Part shown: in pieces, positions 60,201 through 64,000 of the stretch
Layout: the number at the start of each line of letters is the position of its first letter
Position numbering within the stretch: position 1 is the first letter of the stretch
NCBI GenBank assembly: GCA_950097015.1
Contig: CATNEN010000015.1
Coordinates: forward strand, 1,922,001 to 1,986,000
DNA: 64,000 bases
Direction: 5' to 3'
Source of the DNA: Macrostomum hystrix
Lineage: Eukaryota; Animalia; Platyhelminthes
Made by a program: the position numbers and the translations under genes
The notes under the pieces: model-generated
Database searches by the model: none
Told to the model about the DNA's origin: nothing
The model's input: the letters and a program-made list of their open reading frames with translations, nothing else

Positions 60201-61551
60201 TTGAGCAGCGATGCGGTTGCTGGGCCGTCTCGTATCAGTTCCACTTCCTCAATTTCTACCTCGGCTCGCATGCGGCAGCTCCTGTTGCTCCCCCCCGACT
60301 GCTCAGCCCTGCTATCTGGCCTGCATCCTCCTCTACGTCTTACCCAGGGTCCAATCCGCTACTCAGACTGAAAATCCTCCCAACCTACCCAGCATCCCTT
60401 CTGTGCCGTCAGGGCCGTGTCTTCCCCAGCCTCATCCGCAGCCCCATATTTCCCCAGCCCCGGCTGTCACCAGAGTCCTGACATCTGACAGTCGGCTCTG
60501 ACACAGCAGTCTTTGGAAAGCCGAACCATCTGGCCTGATGCCCGTCCGCTTATTGGGGCTCCTGCTATCCAATTTTCAACTGTCTGGTTCGATTGAGAAA
60601 GGAAAGTAGAAGACTTGAAGCGACAGAAGCAGCAGCAGCAGCAGCAGCGGCAGCGGCAGCGGCAGTTGTCCAGTTAGCAGCCACAACGGATCTTCAGCTG
60701 GAGTCCGCCTACGGCCTGCTGCTGTCACCGTGCTCTCAGGGAAGACCTTCGTGCTTCCTTGGCAGCGGTGGTGGTGGCGGCGGCGGCGGCAGCGGCGGCA
60801 GCATGGTGATGGCAAGCGTGAGCAGTCGATTGTACTCGTATTTATTTCAGCGGTGCATTCAATGAATTGCGGACATTGCAAATTCTGGGCTTTGAAGACA
60901 TCTAATTAAAGCAAGACCATCGTAAGATAGCCTTGAGATTATTGAATGAGTAACTGTCATGTGAGATAATCAAAATATTTCCTGTGAGATTATCGAACGA
61001 TTACCTGTGAGGTTAACTGTCATATTACAAAACGATAAACTGAGAGATTATCGAAGGATTAACTGAGAGATTATCGAAGGATTAACTGAGAGATTATCGA
61101 AGGATTAACTGAGAGATTATCGAAGGATTAACTGAGAGATTATCGACGGATTAACTGAGAGATTATCGACGGATTAACTAAGAGATTAGGGAAGGATCAA
61201 CTGTGAGCATATGTAGTTTTGATTGTGAGATTATCAAATAATTAACATAAGATTACTGATGATATTATGAGAGGATTAAATCTGAGATTATGAAAGGATT
61301 AACTGAAAATGGATTAACAGGCAATCGAAAGACAGATGATAAAAAATCGAATGAGCATCGACCCAAGCATCTCATTAAGACCAAACCTACGTACTCAACC
61401 TGTTTTCCAAGCTATCATTTGTTTTTTCATCCTATAGTTTCTTTGAGAACTTCTCTTGAAGCACAGACGAAGGCCGCCCGCCCACCCCGCCACCCACTCC
61501 AGATGGCTCGGCCTCTGCAGGTGAAACCGGCTGATAGCGAGCCTCGCTCAG
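46497..61551 (+). CDS. CELF4: CELF3-6/Bruno-like (UNC-75/Bru3 class) RNA-binding protein, 5' part; exons 46497-46680, 54820-54902, 61503-61551; continues beyond the window
   Basis: RRM1 [43 protein letters not shown]|[27 protein letters not shown]|[16 protein letters not shown]. The junctions match my recollection of vertebrate CELF3-6 exon boundaries. The symbol denotes the subfamily, not strict orthology. Confidence 0.93.
47385..47910. repeat. 22-bp minisatellite AGATAAAGACAG(G/A)T(G/A)AGACAGT
   Basis: About 24 copies in CELF intron 1. Confidence 0.93.
48232..48297. repeat. (CAG)n trinucleotide repeat, about 22 units
   Basis: Direct reading; intronic. Confidence 0.95.
48745..49595. repeat. 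Two abutting 21-bp minisatellites (CTCACTCTACCGCGACTTCAT about 20 copies; CTACCATCTCTCCCTCTCAAG about 20 copies)
   Basis: Switch point at about 49165-49195. Confidence 0.95.
50545..50640. repeat. 33-bp tandem repeat, about 3 copies
   Basis: CTGATCCACAGGTATTCCCATAACACCAGGTAA repeated. Confidence 0.8.
52105..52770. repeat. 21-23-bp G-rich minisatellite GGGGAGAAT(A/G)AAGGTTTCCG
   Basis: About 30 copies with variable G-run length. Confidence 0.95.
53485..53720. repeat. 13-bp minisatellite GAGATAGAATGGG
   Basis: About 17 copies. Confidence 0.9.
54365..54745. repeat. 22-bp minisatellite TTAGATTCTGTGTGGCATCCTG
   Basis: About 17 copies, ending about 75 bp before the CELF exon 2 acceptor. Confidence 0.95.
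55468..58075. repeat. 31-bp satellite ATCCCAGATCCTACAGTGTGTTTCTACCCAA with a 30-bp variant and a 495-bp higher-order repeat
   Basis: About 84 units. Variant TCCCATATCCTCGTATAGATTCTACCCACA at 56091, 56586 and 57081. Confidence 0.97.
58878..59735. repeat. 25-bp minisatellite GGATAAGGAATCAGGATAGACACCT
   Basis: About 34 copies. Confidence 0.96.
61040..61190. repeat. 23-bp minisatellite GAGATTATCGAAGGATTAACTGA
   Basis: About 6 copies with degenerate flanks. Confidence 0.85.
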
Positions 61552-61819
61552 GTGAGTTTGGGCCTGTTTGTTTCTGTTTGGCTTTTTGCAACACAAATTC
61601 CCAATGCTTTGTTATCTCTAAATGGGATCTGTGTTAAATCTCCAACAAGGATTTGAGTACCCTGTCTGTCTGCTGAGCAGCGGTAGCAGGGTTGGGGGAG
61701 GGCATTTTCCGATGAAGATTCAGGCTGCTTCTACGCAACCGATAGGCAAACACGGACTCTGTTTGCTAAATAATTTCAGCACTTTCCGAAATGTCAGTTA
61801 GCCAGTTTTCCTGACCACT

Positions 61820-61925
61820 TATAAGTGTGTTGTGTGTTGTGTCTCGTTTGACTCTCGAATGCTGAATAAGTGTGTTGTGTCTCGTTTGACTCTCGAATGC
61901 TGAATAAGTGTGTTGTGTCTCGTTT
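61820..61925. repeat. 38-bp tandem repeat ATAAGTGTGTTGTGTCTCGTTTGACTCTCGAATGCTGA
   Basis: About 2.5 copies. Confidence 0.8.
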
Positions 61926-61959
61926 AGAAAGGATAGGAAGGTAGAAAGGATAGAAAGGA

Positions 61960-62460
61960 AAGGATAGAATCGGACAGGATAAGACAGGACAAAACAGGAC
62001 TGGACAGGATAGGACAGGACAGGACAGGACAGGATAGGACAGGATAGAACAAGATAAGACAGGACAAACCAGGACAGGGCAGGACAGGACAGGACAGGAC
62101 AGGACAGGACAGGATAGGACAGGATAGAACAAGATAAGACAGGACAAACCAGGACAGGACAGGATAGGACAGGATAGGACAGGATGGGACAGGATAAGAA
62201 AGGAGAGGAGAGGAGAGGATAGGAGAGGAGAGGAGAGGAGAGGAGAGGAGAGGAGAGGAGAGGAGAGGAGAGGAGAGGAGAGGAGAGGAGAGGAGAGGAG
62301 AGGAGAGGAGAGGAGAGGAGAGGAGAGGAGAGGAGAGGAGAGGATAGGAGAGGAGAGGAGAGGAGAGGAGAGGAGAGGAGAGGAGAGGAGAGGACAGGAG
62401 AGGAGAGGAGAGGAGAGGAGAGAAGAGGAGAGGAGAGGAGAGGAGAGGAGAGGAGAGGAA
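61960..62460. repeat. Pentamer array (GGACA/GGATA)n grading into (GGAGA)n
   Basis: Direct reading. Confidence 0.95.
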
Positions 62461-63587
62461 ACGAAGGTGTGAAGCGAGTTCTCGAGTCGTATGCAGTTAA
62501 AGATATGTGCTTGGAGGTCAGTGCTGAAGAATATTTAATGAGACCAGGGAAAGCATGCTTAGAGACAGGAGCGCAAGTCGCCGATAAGTGAGTGAGAACG
62601 GAATGTGGGCAGAGCAAATTGACTGGACACAAAGCGATGTTCTGAAAGGAAGGCCCAGCCCTCAGGGACTCGGTAACACTGGAAGCAGATAGACGCAGAT
62701 GAGCACAAGTGAGCTCGGAGCTGGCGCTAAGCGAAAACTTGGACACCCTTTTTCGAATTTGCTGCCGCCCATCCGCCTGCCCCATGCCCTGTCCTGCCTC
62801 CGCGCACTGCCTGTAAATAATTGAGGCCTCAGCAACTCAGTCTGGGCCCAGCCTCCAAGGCCTCTCCATCGTTAATATCATCCGAGGCGCCCTCAGTCTC
62901 CGCCCAGATGCATTGAGGCGCAGCTGCTGGATACAATGCGCTGCGTGAGATTAAAACAGTGAAATTCAGCTCACTGGCTTGAGTATAGTTTGAGCAGTGT
63001 GAGCAGGGGGTGGGTGCGTCCCGATGACGGACTCAGGCGTATGCGGGCAGATGCAATCTACAATTTATCCCGCACACTAATGGAAACAGGGAACATTGCA
63101 CTCTGGTGGGATTGATTGTGATGGGAAATTTCAATTCCTCACCTTTCCCACTTTCCCACCCGCTCACCTGCAGAGCTTGTTAATTTGCTTCTTGTGCCAC
63201 TCCTGGCATCCTAGGATATTGCAGACATTATTTTAGATTATCCCTGCTTTAGATTGACACATTCAGATCTATGATTTGTGTAAAAAAATAAATTTCTCTT
63301 CGTGAAGCATTCACAATGCATGGATGATTAGGCTCATATCTAAAGCAGGTTTTATTATTTTTTTCAATCTACGTTTTCTGAGTGCGTGACGAGCTAATGA
63401 GTGAGAGAAGGATATGAAAGAACAGGGCAGTTTTTATAACATCTGTCTTAGCATGGACAACGGGAACTAACACACCATTTCATTTGATTGAAGCTCTACC
63501 CTCTCCGCTTGAGCTCACATACCCTCCCTGTGAATTGGGAGGTTGTCTCCCGTAGACGTACATTGCACATCCCAATATCTACCATCC

Positions 63588-64000
63588 CAACAAAAACAAC
63601 AACAAAAACAACTAAAACAACAACAACAACAACAACAAAGTACACCGTCTGGAAGAAAATGAAAAGCAGCGTCAGAGGGCGCGCCTGCAGAGTCCGGGGC
63701 GCCAGCATCAGCCAGCAGGAAATCGACGAAGCGTCGAGTTTCGGCCTGGCCACGCCAGTAGGGCACAGCGATACAGGGCCGCGTTTGTGACTCGCTCGTC
63801 GCTGATTCTAAAGATCAGCAACAGGCCGGCGGCGCCGCGTTTACTTGCTGTTCGAGCGGGTCCGTCAGCGTCCAGGTCTCGGCGTTGTACAAAAAGGACG
63901 GTCTCGACCACCGCCTGGAACATCGCCACCTTCTGGAGATCAAGTATGGCATCGGACTGCAGGACCGCCCTCACAGAATGAAGGGCAGCCCAGGCGAGCT
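63588..64000 (-). mobile_element. RTE-like LINE 3' portion with (GTT)n tail, degraded
   Basis: Minus translation LAWAALHSVRAVLQSDAILDLQKVAMFQAVVETVL/YNAETWTLTDPLEQQVN...ERVTNAALYRCA (frameshifted), ending in TGTTGTTG repeats at 63588-63640. Confidence 0.8.

Overview
Eukaryotic (metazoan) genomic DNA with GC-rich exons, GT-AG introns and roughly 18 kb (about 28% by my tally) of unrelated minisatellites. The style suggests a free-living flatworm such as Macrostomum, but that is inference only. Recognisable spliced genes: PDE12 (minus, 4 exons), RASEF/Rab45-like (minus, 2 coding exons), a TBATA/SPATIAL-family gene (plus, 4 exons) and the 5' part of a CELF3-6/Bruno-like RNA-binding gene (plus, 3 exons seen). 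Unrecognised coding sequences: a secreted Gly/Tyr/Lys/Asp-repeat protein resembling flatworm eggshell precursors, nested on the same strand inside TBATA intron 2; a roughly 800-aa K/E/V/A-rich repeat protein with a recurring MRIGxENWHE motif; and a putative MGCGAS (myristoyl/palmitoyl) protein downstream of a perfect RFX X-box. Mobile DNA: an IS630/Tc1-mariner deletion derivative with 247-bp TIRs, piggyBac-like non-autonomous elements, two tRNA-derived SINE families, RTE-like LINE fragments, an LTR edge with a primer-binding site, and a MITE. No CRISPR array, rRNA or true tRNA gene was seen. All gene models were read by eye and need RNA-seq confirmation.
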